Position numbers and translations under genes: made by a program
Shown here: piece by piece, positions 48,879 to 57,053 of the stretch
Numbering within the stretch: the stretch's first letter is position 1
How the letters are laid out: each line of letters starts with the position of its first letter
Origin: Eubacteriales bacterium
GTDB lineage: Bacteria > Bacillota > Clostridia > Oscillospirales > CAG-272
Direction of reading: 5' to 3'
DNA: 64,000 nucleotides
NCBI GenBank assembly: GCA_045535375.1
Contig: JAZSLM010000019.1
Location: 10,871-74,870, forward strand
The notes under the pieces: generated by a model
Told to the model about the DNA's origin: nothing
What the model saw: only the letters and a program-made list of their open reading frames with translations
Database searches by the model: none

Positions 48879-49690
48879 GAGGAGTCATTTTTGACATAAA
48901 GGAATTTGCTCAGCACGACGGTGACGGAGTACGGACGACGGTATTTTTCAAGGGCTGTCCGCTGCGTTGCATCTGGTGCCACAACCCCGAGGGGCTGTCG
49001 CCGAAGCCTGAATTATACGTCGGCACGAACGGGTGCACGGGTTGCGGTCTTTGCCGAAAGCCGTGCAATCATCCCGATTGCGTTTACGGACGTTGCCTGC
49101 ATATCTGCCCCCGGGGGCTTTTGCGCGTCAGCGGCAAGGAATATGAAGCCAAAGAGCTTGCCGAAAAGGTCAAAAAAGGCGCCGATTTCCTGTCGGAAAA
49201 CGGCGGAGTGACTATTTCGGGCGGCGAGCCCCTGATGCAATGGGAGTTCGCGCTTGAGCTGATACGGGAGCTCAAACCGCTCCATATCGCAATCGAAACG
49301 AGCGGATATGCCGACGCGGACGTTTTCCGCAGAGTAATTTCCGAGTGCGACCTCGTGATGATGGATCTGAAGCTCGCCGACAGAGAAGAGCATAAGAGAT
49401 ATACGGGTGTTTATAACGACAAAATACTTGAGAATCTTGAAATTCTCAAGGCGAGCGGGAAGAAATTCCTCCTTCGCACGCCGCTGATCCCGGGTATTAC
49501 AGATACCGATGAAAATTTCACGGGAATCGCGAAAATTGCCGACGGCGCACCCGTCGAGCTTCTGCCGTATAATAACCTCGCTCCCGCGAAATATCGCGCC
49601 GTCGGACGCGAGTTTACCGATTTGATTACCGGAAGCGAGAGCAGGATCAAAAGCGTTGAAGGTTTGCCGGGGAATTTTCGGATCAAATAG
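48875..49690 (+). CDS. Glycyl-radical enzyme activating enzyme (radical SAM)
   Basis: CPLRCIWCHNPE (CX3CX2C) motif plus a ferredoxin-like Cys-rich insert, CTGCGLCRKPC..CLHICP. The ATG overlaps the GRE stop (ATGA). Confidence 0.85.
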   Translation: MRGVIFDIKEFAQHDGDGVRTTVFFKGCPLRCIWCHNPEGLSPKPELYVGTNGCTGCGLCRKPCNHPDCVYGRCLHICPRGLLRVSGKEYEAKELAEKVKKGADFLSENGGVTISGGEPLMQWEFALELIRELKPLHIAIETSGYADADVFRRVISECDLVMMDLKLADREEHKRYTGVYNDKILENLEILKASGKKFLLRTPLIPGITDTDENFTGIAKIADGAPVELLPYNNLAPAKYRAVGREFTDLITGSESRIKSVEGLPGNFRIK

Positions 49691-49744
49691 TTGTTAGTCG
49701 AAGGTGAATTTTCGCAAGCGAAAATTTTCATTTAATAAATAAAA

Positions 49745-49826
49745 ACAAGTGCGAACAAAGCTTTCTTGGTGTCCCCTCCGCAGAGGGTGATGAGGGGGCA
49801 CCAAGAAAGCTTTGTTCGCACTTGTT
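49745..49826. repeat. Long (~30-bp stem) hairpin between convergent genes
   Basis: ACAAGTGCGAACAAAGCTTTCTTGGTG ... CACCAAGAAAGCTTTGTTCGCACTTGT. Shares TGCGAACA with the MITE termini. Confidence 0.6.
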
Positions 49827-49843
49827 AATTTTGTCGCATCTTT

Positions 49844-49876
49844 CTGACCACTGATCACTAATCACTGACCGCTAAT
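49844..49876. repeat. Period-7 array CTGACCA CTGATCA CTAATCA CTGACCG CTAAT
   Basis: Overlaps the serpin stop codon and its last three codons. Confidence 0.55.
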
Positions 49877-51598
49877 ATTCTCGCAAACCCCAAGGAAGAT
49901 CGGCAATCCCGTCGCCGTATCGATGATGGCGTAGAGGAAGGGGCGGTCGAGGTCGACACGGTAGAATTTTGCGTTCATTATGCCGCCCTCGGCTTTGATG
50001 GTAACTGCGGTGACGGCTGCTGCGCGGGTTCCGGAATTGTCGAGGTCGATGTGGGTCTTCTGGATGACGCGGCTGATGGAAAGATTACCGCGCGAGTCGG
50101 TGCCGAGTCCGCTCAGATCAGCCCCGGCGCTGTCGAAAGCCTTGACCATTCCCATTTTTTTGAGAACTTCCTTCATCTCGATCTTGCAATCGAAGGAGAA
50201 GTGCGGGATCTTGGCGCTGACTTCCACGCTTCCCGTGGCTTTTATGCGCTTGTCGTAAAGCTTCAGAAGATCCTCCCCGTCAAGAGATGCGGCGTATTCG
50301 TAAACGTCGCCCTCGGGAAGAAGCGCGAGGAATGCGTAATTCCCGCCCTTATAGTTCTTGACGATGCCCGTAACGCCCTTGCCCTCGATATAACCCTCGC
50401 ACTCGGTGCGCATGAAGGTTGCTTTTTGAACGTTTTTGTCGGTTACGTGGAACTGATCCTCAAAGCAAGCGTGGTCATCTGCCTGATTTGCCCAGAGAGC
50501 GTCGAGCGCGAGAGCGTTAAGGAGCACCATCACCGTGTCGGCGTCAAGGTCGCCGTCGTTCAGGATGGAGGGGATCATGCCAAAGGTCTCTTCCTTTGCC
50601 CAATCGTTGATGTCTGTGATTGAGTTTGGAAGATCAGCCGCAACAATGTCGGCGTCAAATGTGTTTTCGATAGTTTTAACGAAGTTTTTGTTGATGCTGA
50701 ACGAGGGGCTTGAGGTGACCCAGACTGCGTTTGCGAGGTTGAATTTTGCATCGTCGGTCGAGATGAGGGACGAGGTGTAGTTGAAGAGCTCGGCGTTGAG
50801 CTTTTCAATGGACAAGCCGCCGCCGAGAACTTTTTCCATCTCGGCGAGAGTTTCGCCCTCGGCGCCGTTTGCCGTCATCGCGAGCGCGATCATTGCTGAA
50901 AGGGGCGAGACGAGAAGCGCGTCGCCCTCGAACTCGGAGCGGCTCTCATTCATAAGCTTCAGCGCAAAATCTGCGTAAGCCTCGCGGAAACCGTCGCTTA
51001 CCTCGCCCGCTGTGCGATCGGGGGCGAAATCGCGCGCGGTCAGGTATTCGACAGCCGCGCCCTTCATGGGTGTGTAATCGGGTTCGGTTATTATTTCTGT
51101 TTCGTGGGGGGTTGCAGTTCCGGAGGAATAGTCCGTTCTGAAATAATAATAATGATCTTCGCCTTCGGTGTCGCGGATGAGGACAAGATAGGACCATATC
51201 GTATATTTCTTTGTTTTTTCACCTGCTCTGTGCCACCAATCGGTCTTGAATGTTATTTGACGTCCATTGCGTTCGGTGTCAATGATCAAGTCGATGTATC
51301 CGTGCAGCTCAACTTCTATGTTGCTGTCGTCTACCTTTGATATCCGCGAGACTGTATAGCTCGAAATATCAAAATCCGTTTCAATCGTCACCGAGACTGA
51401 TTTGTCGGCGCTTCCTACGGGTTGATAATTGCTTCGGTATTCCTCGATCGTGCTTATTAAAGCTTCCTCGCTGAATTCACCGCTCCATGCTTTCAGAATA
51501 TGCTCCTTGCTTGTTACCCCCTCGGTGCCGGTACAGCTGGGAAACAATAAGCAAACCACCAAAATGGCGCAGATGATGCGAAAGTAATTCTTTTTCAT
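49862..51598 (-). CDS. Serpin-family lipoprotein with an extra ~190-aa N-terminal domain
   Basis: Lipobox LFPSC, serpin blocks SPLSAMIALAMTANGAEGETLAEMEKVL and DRPFLYAIID, and hinge GTRAAAVTAV. Start at ATG 51598 with AGGAG upstream. Confidence 0.8.
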   Translation of the reverse strand: MKKNYFRIICAILVVCLLFPSCTGTEGVTSKEHILKAWSGEFSEEALISTIEEYRSNYQPVGSADKSVSVTIETDFDISSYTVSRISKVDDSNIEVELHGYIDLIIDTERNGRQITFKTDWWHRAGEKTKKYTIWSYLVLIRDTEGEDHYYYFRTDYSSGTATPHETEIITEPDYTPMKGAAVEYLTARDFAPDRTAGEVSDGFREAYADFALKLMNESRSEFEGDALLVSPLSAMIALAMTANGAEGETLAEMEKVLGGGLSIEKLNAELFNYTSSLISTDDAKFNLANAVWVTSSPSFSINKNFVKTIENTFDADIVAADLPNSITDINDWAKEETFGMIPSILNDGDLDADTVMVLLNALALDALWANQADDHACFEDQFHVTDKNVQKATFMRTECEGYIEGKGVTGIVKNYKGGNYAFLALLPEGDVYEYAASLDGEDLLKLYDKRIKATGSVEVSAKIPHFSFDCKIEMKEVLKKMGMVKAFDSAGADLSGLGTDSRGNLSISRVIQKTHIDLDNSGTRAAAVTAVTIKAEGGIMNAKFYRVDLDRPFLYAIIDTATGLPIFLGVCENISGQ

Positions 51599-51770
51599 GT
51601 TTTTTCTCCTTTTTGCTTGGATATTTTTTATGATGGAGCGCTGTATGCCCTCCCAACCCTCCCGCAAGCGGGAGGGCTTTATTTTTGATAGCAGACTTTA
51701 TTGTTCAGAGTTCTGAACATTGAGATTTGATGTGAAATAATATTGATGTGTAATAATTAAATTATAATCC

Positions 51771-51910
51771 GTAGGGACCGACGTCCTCGGCGGTCCGAGT
51801 CCAATAAAAATATTGCTTTGTATAAAATCAATATAATTACATTACACTTTCTGAATTTCACCAAATATATAATTTAATGCCCACGGATCGCCGAGGACGT
51901 CGGTCCCTAC
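51771..51910. repeat. 140-bp element with perfect 22-bp terminal inverted repeats, copy B
   Basis: GTAGGGACCGACGTCCTCGGCG ... CGCCGAGGACGTCGGTCCCTAC. Confidence 0.65.
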
Positions 51911-51975
51911 AAACTCGTACTAAATTCAGCAAAACTATTCAATTTATGCTCGTTCTGAACATTATCAATAAATTG

Positions 51976-52091
51976 CTTTTCGCATGCGAAAAGCTACCTT
52001 AACATTCCGCTTTTGCGGAATATATCACTCGCGTTATGCGCGAATATCACTTTTGCGAAGCAAAAATATCACATTTCGCCGCAAGGCGAAA
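51976..52091. repeat. Mini-hairpin array with a (T)ATATCAC linker
   Basis: CTTTTCGCATGCGAAAAG, TTCCGCTTTTGCGGAA, TCGCGTTATGCGCGA, TTTTGCGAAGCAAAA and TTTCGCCGCAAGGCGAAA. Confidence 0.65.
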
Positions 52092-52110
52092 TATTTATCT
52101 GCGCTTATAT

Positions 52111-52139
52111 ATATAGACGAAAAACCGCGGAAAAAGTTC
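52111..52139. terminator. Bidirectional terminator hairpin
   Basis: AAAACCGCGGAA..TTCCGCGGTTTTT. Confidence 0.55.
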
Positions 52140-52156
52140 CGCGGTTTTTATAAAAA

Positions 52157-53671
52157 TTATTCGGTTTTTTCAAGATCCGCTATTGTTTTATCTATGAGTC
52201 GCGGAACAGTCTTTGATGCCATTTTGATAAGCGAAGCGATTCCGGTAGCTCTGCCTGCGTCGAGCTCGCTGTTGATATTGGGCTCAATGGAGCTTATCCA
52301 ACCGTAGGCGATCGGCCAGTTGAGGTATCTGGTTTCGCTGATGATCTCAAGCATTGCAACCGATTCCGCATCACGCATTCCGCGGTAGCAGAGTCTTTCA
52401 TAATAAACGGGAAGAACGTCGCGCCAGGAATAGAAGGAAAGTGCATCCATAACAGCGGCGGCACGCTCGGGGTCGGAGCAGGATGCGGGGATCGTCATAA
52501 GCAGTGTCGACCAAAGCATATTGCTCAGATAGTTTTCCTGGTCCGAGTTATATTTCGGAATGGGAAGGAGTCCATAAGGATTGGTCATCTCCTGAAGCTC
52601 TGCGGCACCTGCCTTGAGCTCGCCGCCCATGAATACCGATCTGTTCTGTGAAAAGATATCGTGGATATAGTGTTTGCCCGTTGCGTTTGCGCTGATATAG
52701 GTTCCGTCAGCCGTGGATCCGGTAAGCGCGGCGATGGTTTCGGTCACGTCATATACCGTTGCGCTGTTTGCCATTGAGAAATAGGGCTTTCCGTCAGCGT
52801 CCTTGAGGCAGTAATGCTCGTTGCATCCGACCATCAGTGCGTTGATGAGGTTCTTGAAGGACGCCATACCGTAAAGGCTCGAGCCGTTTGTGCTGAATTC
52901 CCAGGAGTTGTCGCCGCGAAGAGTAGCGCACTGTTTTGCAAGCTCGGTGAGTCTGGGCAGAGTCCAGGTGTTGTTATATACGTCCTCGTAGGGAGAGGGG
53001 ATCTGCATGTCTGTTGCAAGGGTCTTGTTGAAGTAGATACCCCAGGTACCCTCGAATGCCATAAGGTGAGCATCGCTCGAGAGATAATAGAGATGGTCGC
53101 CCAGAAGGGTAGCGTCATCCTTCATCTGCTGATTCCACCAAGGCTGATCAATGTTGATGTTCTGGATGTCGTAAAGGTTGTAGAGATATGAGCTTGTAAA
53201 CATCGAGCCGACGTGTGTGGATCTCAGATATGCAACGTCATAGAGCTGTTCACCCGTCGCGCAGACATTCTGGATCTCGGTGAGCTGATTGTCCCAGCCG
53301 CAGTAATACTCGACGAGGTCGATGTTGTACTTTTCCTCGACCTTGCTCATAGCGTTGTACTTCGCGTCGTTTACTGCCTCGCCGTTGACGTCGTCGGCAA
53401 GGACGTTCATGATCATGTAGTACTTCTGTTCGCTGTTGAAGATGTGGAATTCTTCGCCCTGGTAGTTAACGTCAAGGAAATCATAGGTGATTTCCGTTTC
53501 TTCGGGTTCGCTCTCGGTAGGAGCTGTTTCGGCGATATCGGGGGAGGTCAATGCGGAGCTGCTCTCTTCGCCTCCGGTTTCCGCGCAGGATAATACGGGG
53601 AGGATCATGGAGATGCACAGACAGAGGGCGACGGTGAGTCGCAGATACTTTGCGAGTCGATTGGCTTTCAT
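52157..53671 (-). CDS. ABC-transporter extracellular solute-binding lipoprotein (carbohydrate type), with no adjacent permease
   Basis: Lipobox LSCAE and a Ser/Glu/Thr-rich linker; size and composition fit family-1 solute-binding proteins. Confidence 0.7.
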   Translation of the reverse strand: MKANRLAKYLRLTVALCLCISMILPVLSCAETGGEESSSALTSPDIAETAPTESEPEETEITYDFLDVNYQGEEFHIFNSEQKYYMIMNVLADDVNGEAVNDAKYNAMSKVEEKYNIDLVEYYCGWDNQLTEIQNVCATGEQLYDVAYLRSTHVGSMFTSSYLYNLYDIQNINIDQPWWNQQMKDDATLLGDHLYYLSSDAHLMAFEGTWGIYFNKTLATDMQIPSPYEDVYNNTWTLPRLTELAKQCATLRGDNSWEFSTNGSSLYGMASFKNLINALMVGCNEHYCLKDADGKPYFSMANSATVYDVTETIAALTGSTADGTYISANATGKHYIHDIFSQNRSVFMGGELKAGAAELQEMTNPYGLLPIPKYNSDQENYLSNMLWSTLLMTIPASCSDPERAAAVMDALSFYSWRDVLPVYYERLCYRGMRDAESVAMLEIISETRYLNWPIAYGWISSIEPNINSELDAGRATGIASLIKMASKTVPRLIDKTIADLEKTE

Positions 53672-53699
53672 TGCGATTCTCCTTTTATAATTAATTTAT

Positions 53700-55130
53700 T
53701 TACGCGCCTTTATGGTGCAAGGGCGGGGCGGGGTTTTCCATCCGCTTTTTGATGCGGTGCAGTATAACTGCGTAGCAGATATAAAGTCCGATCGTCGTTG
53801 CCAGCCAGGATATCGGGAAGGAGATATAGAGTGAGGCGGGGGTCCTTGCCGCATCGAAGACGGTGTAGACCCATACAACACGCATCGCGCAGGCACCGAT
53901 AAGGCTGACGAGCATCGAGGTCGTGGAGGCTCCGAGTCCGCGCAGCATTCCCGACATGACCTCCATAAGTCCGCAAAGGAAGTAGAAGATGGTCGTGTAG
54001 AACATTCGCTCCATACCGAATTCGATGATGGCTTGCTTGTTCGCCGCGCCGTCGTCCGAAAGGAAGATTCCGAGAAGCGGTTCGCCGAATGCGTACGTAA
54101 CAAGGCAAAGCGGAATGCCGACGATAAGCACGAGCAAGAGGCAGTAATAACAGGTCTTCTTGACGCGCTTCAGCTCGCGCGCGCCGAGATTCTGTCCCGA
54201 GAAGGTGAGTGAGGCGTGGTAGAAGGAGTTGAGCGCGATATAAATGAGTCCGTCGATCGTAGCCGCGGCACCGTTGCCGGCAACGCCGATCTTGTCAAAG
54301 GAGTTGACCGAGGACTGGATGATCACGTTCGAGAAGGAGAAAAGACAGCCCTGAATTCCCGCGGGGATGCCGACCTTGATGATCTTCACCATAAGGTGGC
54401 GCGAAATGCGGAGGCGGCGGATATCGAGTTTGCATTCATCGTCAAGACGCGAAAGACGGATGAGGACGAGTGTCGCGGAGAGATACTGCGAAATGATGGT
54501 CGCCAGCGCAACGCCCGCAACGTCAAGATGACATACAATAACGAAGAAAAGGTTGCAGATAACGTTGACTGCTCCCGCTACCATAAGGAAGTAAAGGGGT
54601 CGCTTGGTGTCGCCCTTCGCGCGGAGGAGTGCGGCGCCGTAGTTATAAACCATCTGCGCGGGCATACCGATAAAGATTATGCGCATATAAAGTGCCGCGT
54701 GGTCGAGCACTTCCTCGGGAGAATCCATAAGCACAAGGAGGGGTTTGCAGGTGATGAAGCCGAGGATTCCGACAACAACGCCGAGTATCGAGGCAATGGT
54801 GATCGCGGTATGAACAACGTCGCCTGCCTCGTCGTTGCGCCCCGCGCCGAGAGAGTGCGAAAGCGTTACCGAGGCACCGACCGAAAGACCTATAAAGAGT
54901 CCGGTGATCAGATTCGAAAGCGCACCGGTAGATGTGACCGCGGCAAGCGCGGCTTCACCGTCAGCGGCAAAATTCGAAACGATCAGCGTGTCCGCAGTGT
55001 TGTAAAGAAACTGCAGAATACCCGTCGCAAGGATGGGCAGAGTGAAGAGAAGAATGGGCATAAAGAGCGGACCCGAAGTGAAATTGACATCCTTGGATGA
55101 GCGGATCGTCTTCGTTGCTGAACTCGCCAT
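53700..55130 (-). CDS. MATE-family efflux transporter
   Basis: About 12 TM helices, with the typical MATE N-terminus (PLFMPILLFTLPILATGILQFLYNTADTLIVS). Start at ATG 55130 with GGAGGA upstream. Confidence 0.85.
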   Translation of the reverse strand: MASSATKTIRSSKDVNFTSGPLFMPILLFTLPILATGILQFLYNTADTLIVSNFAADGEAALAAVTSTGALSNLITGLFIGLSVGASVTLSHSLGAGRNDEAGDVVHTAITIASILGVVVGILGFITCKPLLVLMDSPEEVLDHAALYMRIIFIGMPAQMVYNYGAALLRAKGDTKRPLYFLMVAGAVNVICNLFFVIVCHLDVAGVALATIISQYLSATLVLIRLSRLDDECKLDIRRLRISRHLMVKIIKVGIPAGIQGCLFSFSNVIIQSSVNSFDKIGVAGNGAAATIDGLIYIALNSFYHASLTFSGQNLGARELKRVKKTCYYCLLLVLIVGIPLCLVTYAFGEPLLGIFLSDDGAANKQAIIEFGMERMFYTTIFYFLCGLMEVMSGMLRGLGASTTSMLVSLIGACAMRVVWVYTVFDAARTPASLYISFPISWLATTIGLYICYAVILHRIKKRMENPAPPLHHKGA

Positions 55131-55389
55131 GGCTTCCTCCGATAAAGCATAATATGATATGCTAATTATAGCACAGTAAAAGTGATAAGTCAATGGCTTT
55201 GCGCGAATAAAAAAACGAAAAAATTCAAAGAAAAATCGAGAAGGTATAGAAAAATTCGGAATTATGTGATATAATATAATTGGTGTATAGTATTATAATA
55301 ACAACATTGAACCATTTTTTCAAAAGCAGTGCTGTAATGCTTGCGCTTGCTTATTGATCTAATGAGAAAATTTTTGAGCTGTGCGAGGA

Positions 55390-55503
55390 AATAATTATTC
55401 ATTATTCATCATTCATCAGCGAAGCGGCTTCATTATTCGTTATAAATAAAATCCGCGCGTGCCAAATGAATAATGAATGATGAATAATGAAAAATGAATA
55501 ATT
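55390..55503. repeat. Inverted pair of period-7 AT-rich arrays (TTATTCA/TCATTCA versus TGAATAA/TGAATGA)
   Basis: 55390-55418 is complementary to 55465-55503. The right arm ends 3 nt before the GDPD RBS. Confidence 0.6.
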
Positions 55504-55518
55504 TCAGGAGTGTACGAA

Positions 55519-56268
55519 ATGCATACAGGACCTATTTTTCACGAAAGAAACTCATACCGCCGTCCGCTTATCATAGCGCACAGAGGATGCAATAATTACG
55601 CGCCGCAGAACTCGCTTCCCGCCTTTGAAGTGGTTGCGAAGATGGGCGTCTGGGCGATCGAGACCGATATTCACCTCACCCGCGACGGCGTGGCGGTCTG
55701 TATGCATGACAGTACGCTCGCCACAATGACGGACAATGACGGAATTATCGAGGAAATGACCTTCGAGGAAGTCAGCAAAGCTCGCATCAATAAGGGCGTC
55801 GGTGCGGATAAGCTCCCCTCCGATCTGCTCCGTGTTCCCACCTTCGAAGAATATCTTGACATCTGCATGCGCTACGGCTGCGTGCCCTTCATCGAATATA
55901 AGACTCCCGAGGGCGTTGAGGCTTCAATAAAGGCTCTCCGCCGCCGCGGAATGCTTGATTATGCCGTTGCTTCATCTGGCAAGCTCGATCACCTGATCGA
56001 GGCAAGACGCCTTTCCTCCGAGATCTTTATACATCATATTTTCTCAAAAGAGAAGCACTTCGATACGCTCTGCGATCTCGGCTACGCGGGGCTTTCCCTC
56101 AAGATCGCCGACCCCTCCGAGCTTCCCGAAGGCATCATCGGTGACATCCACGAGCGCGACCTCCGCATCTGCCTCCGCGCCGCGGATACAAGGGAGAAGC
56201 TCCGCGAGATGATCGACCTCGGACTCGATTACCAGCCGTCTAATTGTATTTTTACTCCTATTTGTTGA
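55519..56268 (+). CDS. Glycerophosphodiester phosphodiesterase family protein
   Basis: IIAHRGCNNYAPQNSLPAFE and ETDIHLTRDG motifs. ATG lies 8 nt after AGGAG. Confidence 0.8.
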   Translation: MHTGPIFHERNSYRRPLIIAHRGCNNYAPQNSLPAFEVVAKMGVWAIETDIHLTRDGVAVCMHDSTLATMTDNDGIIEEMTFEEVSKARINKGVGADKLPSDLLRVPTFEEYLDICMRYGCVPFIEYKTPEGVEASIKALRRRGMLDYAVASSGKLDHLIEARRLSSEIFIHHIFSKEKHFDTLCDLGYAGLSLKIADPSELPEGIIGDIHERDLRICLRAADTREKLREMIDLGLDYQPSNCIFTPIC

Positions 56269-56285
56269 TAGTTTGTCACGCTTCG

Positions 56286-56486
56286 CGTGAATGATGATCT
56301 CGCTTCGCGAGAATGATTATCGGCTTCGCCGAATGATAATTTGCCTTCGGCAAAATGAAGGATAATTTTCGCCTTTGGCGAAAATTTCCGAATTTTATAA
56401 AACACTTTTCGCCGCACGGCGAATCTTAACTCGGCGCAAGCCGATCTTAACTTGCCGCAGGCAACATTAACTCGCGCGCAGCGCGA
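56286..56486. repeat. Two adjacent mini-hairpin arrays (AATGATNAT linker, then TCTTAAC linker)
   Basis: Nine hairpins; see the first finding. Confidence 0.7.
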
Positions 56487-56516
56487 TAGAAAACTCAAAG
56501 AAAAGGAACCCAAACA

Positions 56517-57053
56517 ATGATCTACATGTTTCTCGCAAACGGATTCGAAGAAGTCGAGGCCCTGATGCCTCTTGATCTTATGCGCCGCGCGGGTCTTGAA
56601 GTCAAGACCGTCGGTGTCGGCTCGCGCGATATTACCGGCTCGCACGGTATTACCGTGAAGGCTGATATGCTTGATTCGGATTTTGCCGATAACGTCCCCG
56701 AATGTGTCATTCTTCCCGGCGGTATGCCCGGAACGAAGAATCTTGATGCCTCGGCAGTTGTCCATAAGGCGCTCGATTCCGCACTTGAAAACGATGCCCT
56801 TATCTGCGCTATCTGTGCCGCGCCGATGATCCTCGGTAAGAGAGGCTTTCTTCGCGGCAAAAATGCGACCTGCTTCCCCGGATTTGAGGAGTATCTCGAG
56901 GGCGCGACAGTCGGCGGACGTGCCGTGCGTGACGGTCAGGTCATCACCGCCGTCGGCATGGGCGCGGCACTTGAATTCGGCATCGAGATCGTTGCCGCGC
57001 TGAGGGGCAGAGAAGAGGCGGACAAGCTCTTTGCCGCAGTTCTTGCAAAATAA
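56517..57053 (+). CDS. DJ-1/PfpI-family protein
   Basis: Nucleophile-elbow AICAAP and ILPGGMPG motifs. Confidence 0.8.
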   Translation: MIYMFLANGFEEVEALMPLDLMRRAGLEVKTVGVGSRDITGSHGITVKADMLDSDFADNVPECVILPGGMPGTKNLDASAVVHKALDSALENDALICAICAAPMILGKRGFLRGKNATCFPGFEEYLEGATVGGRAVRDGQVITAVGMGAALEFGIEIVAALRGREEADKLFAAVLAK

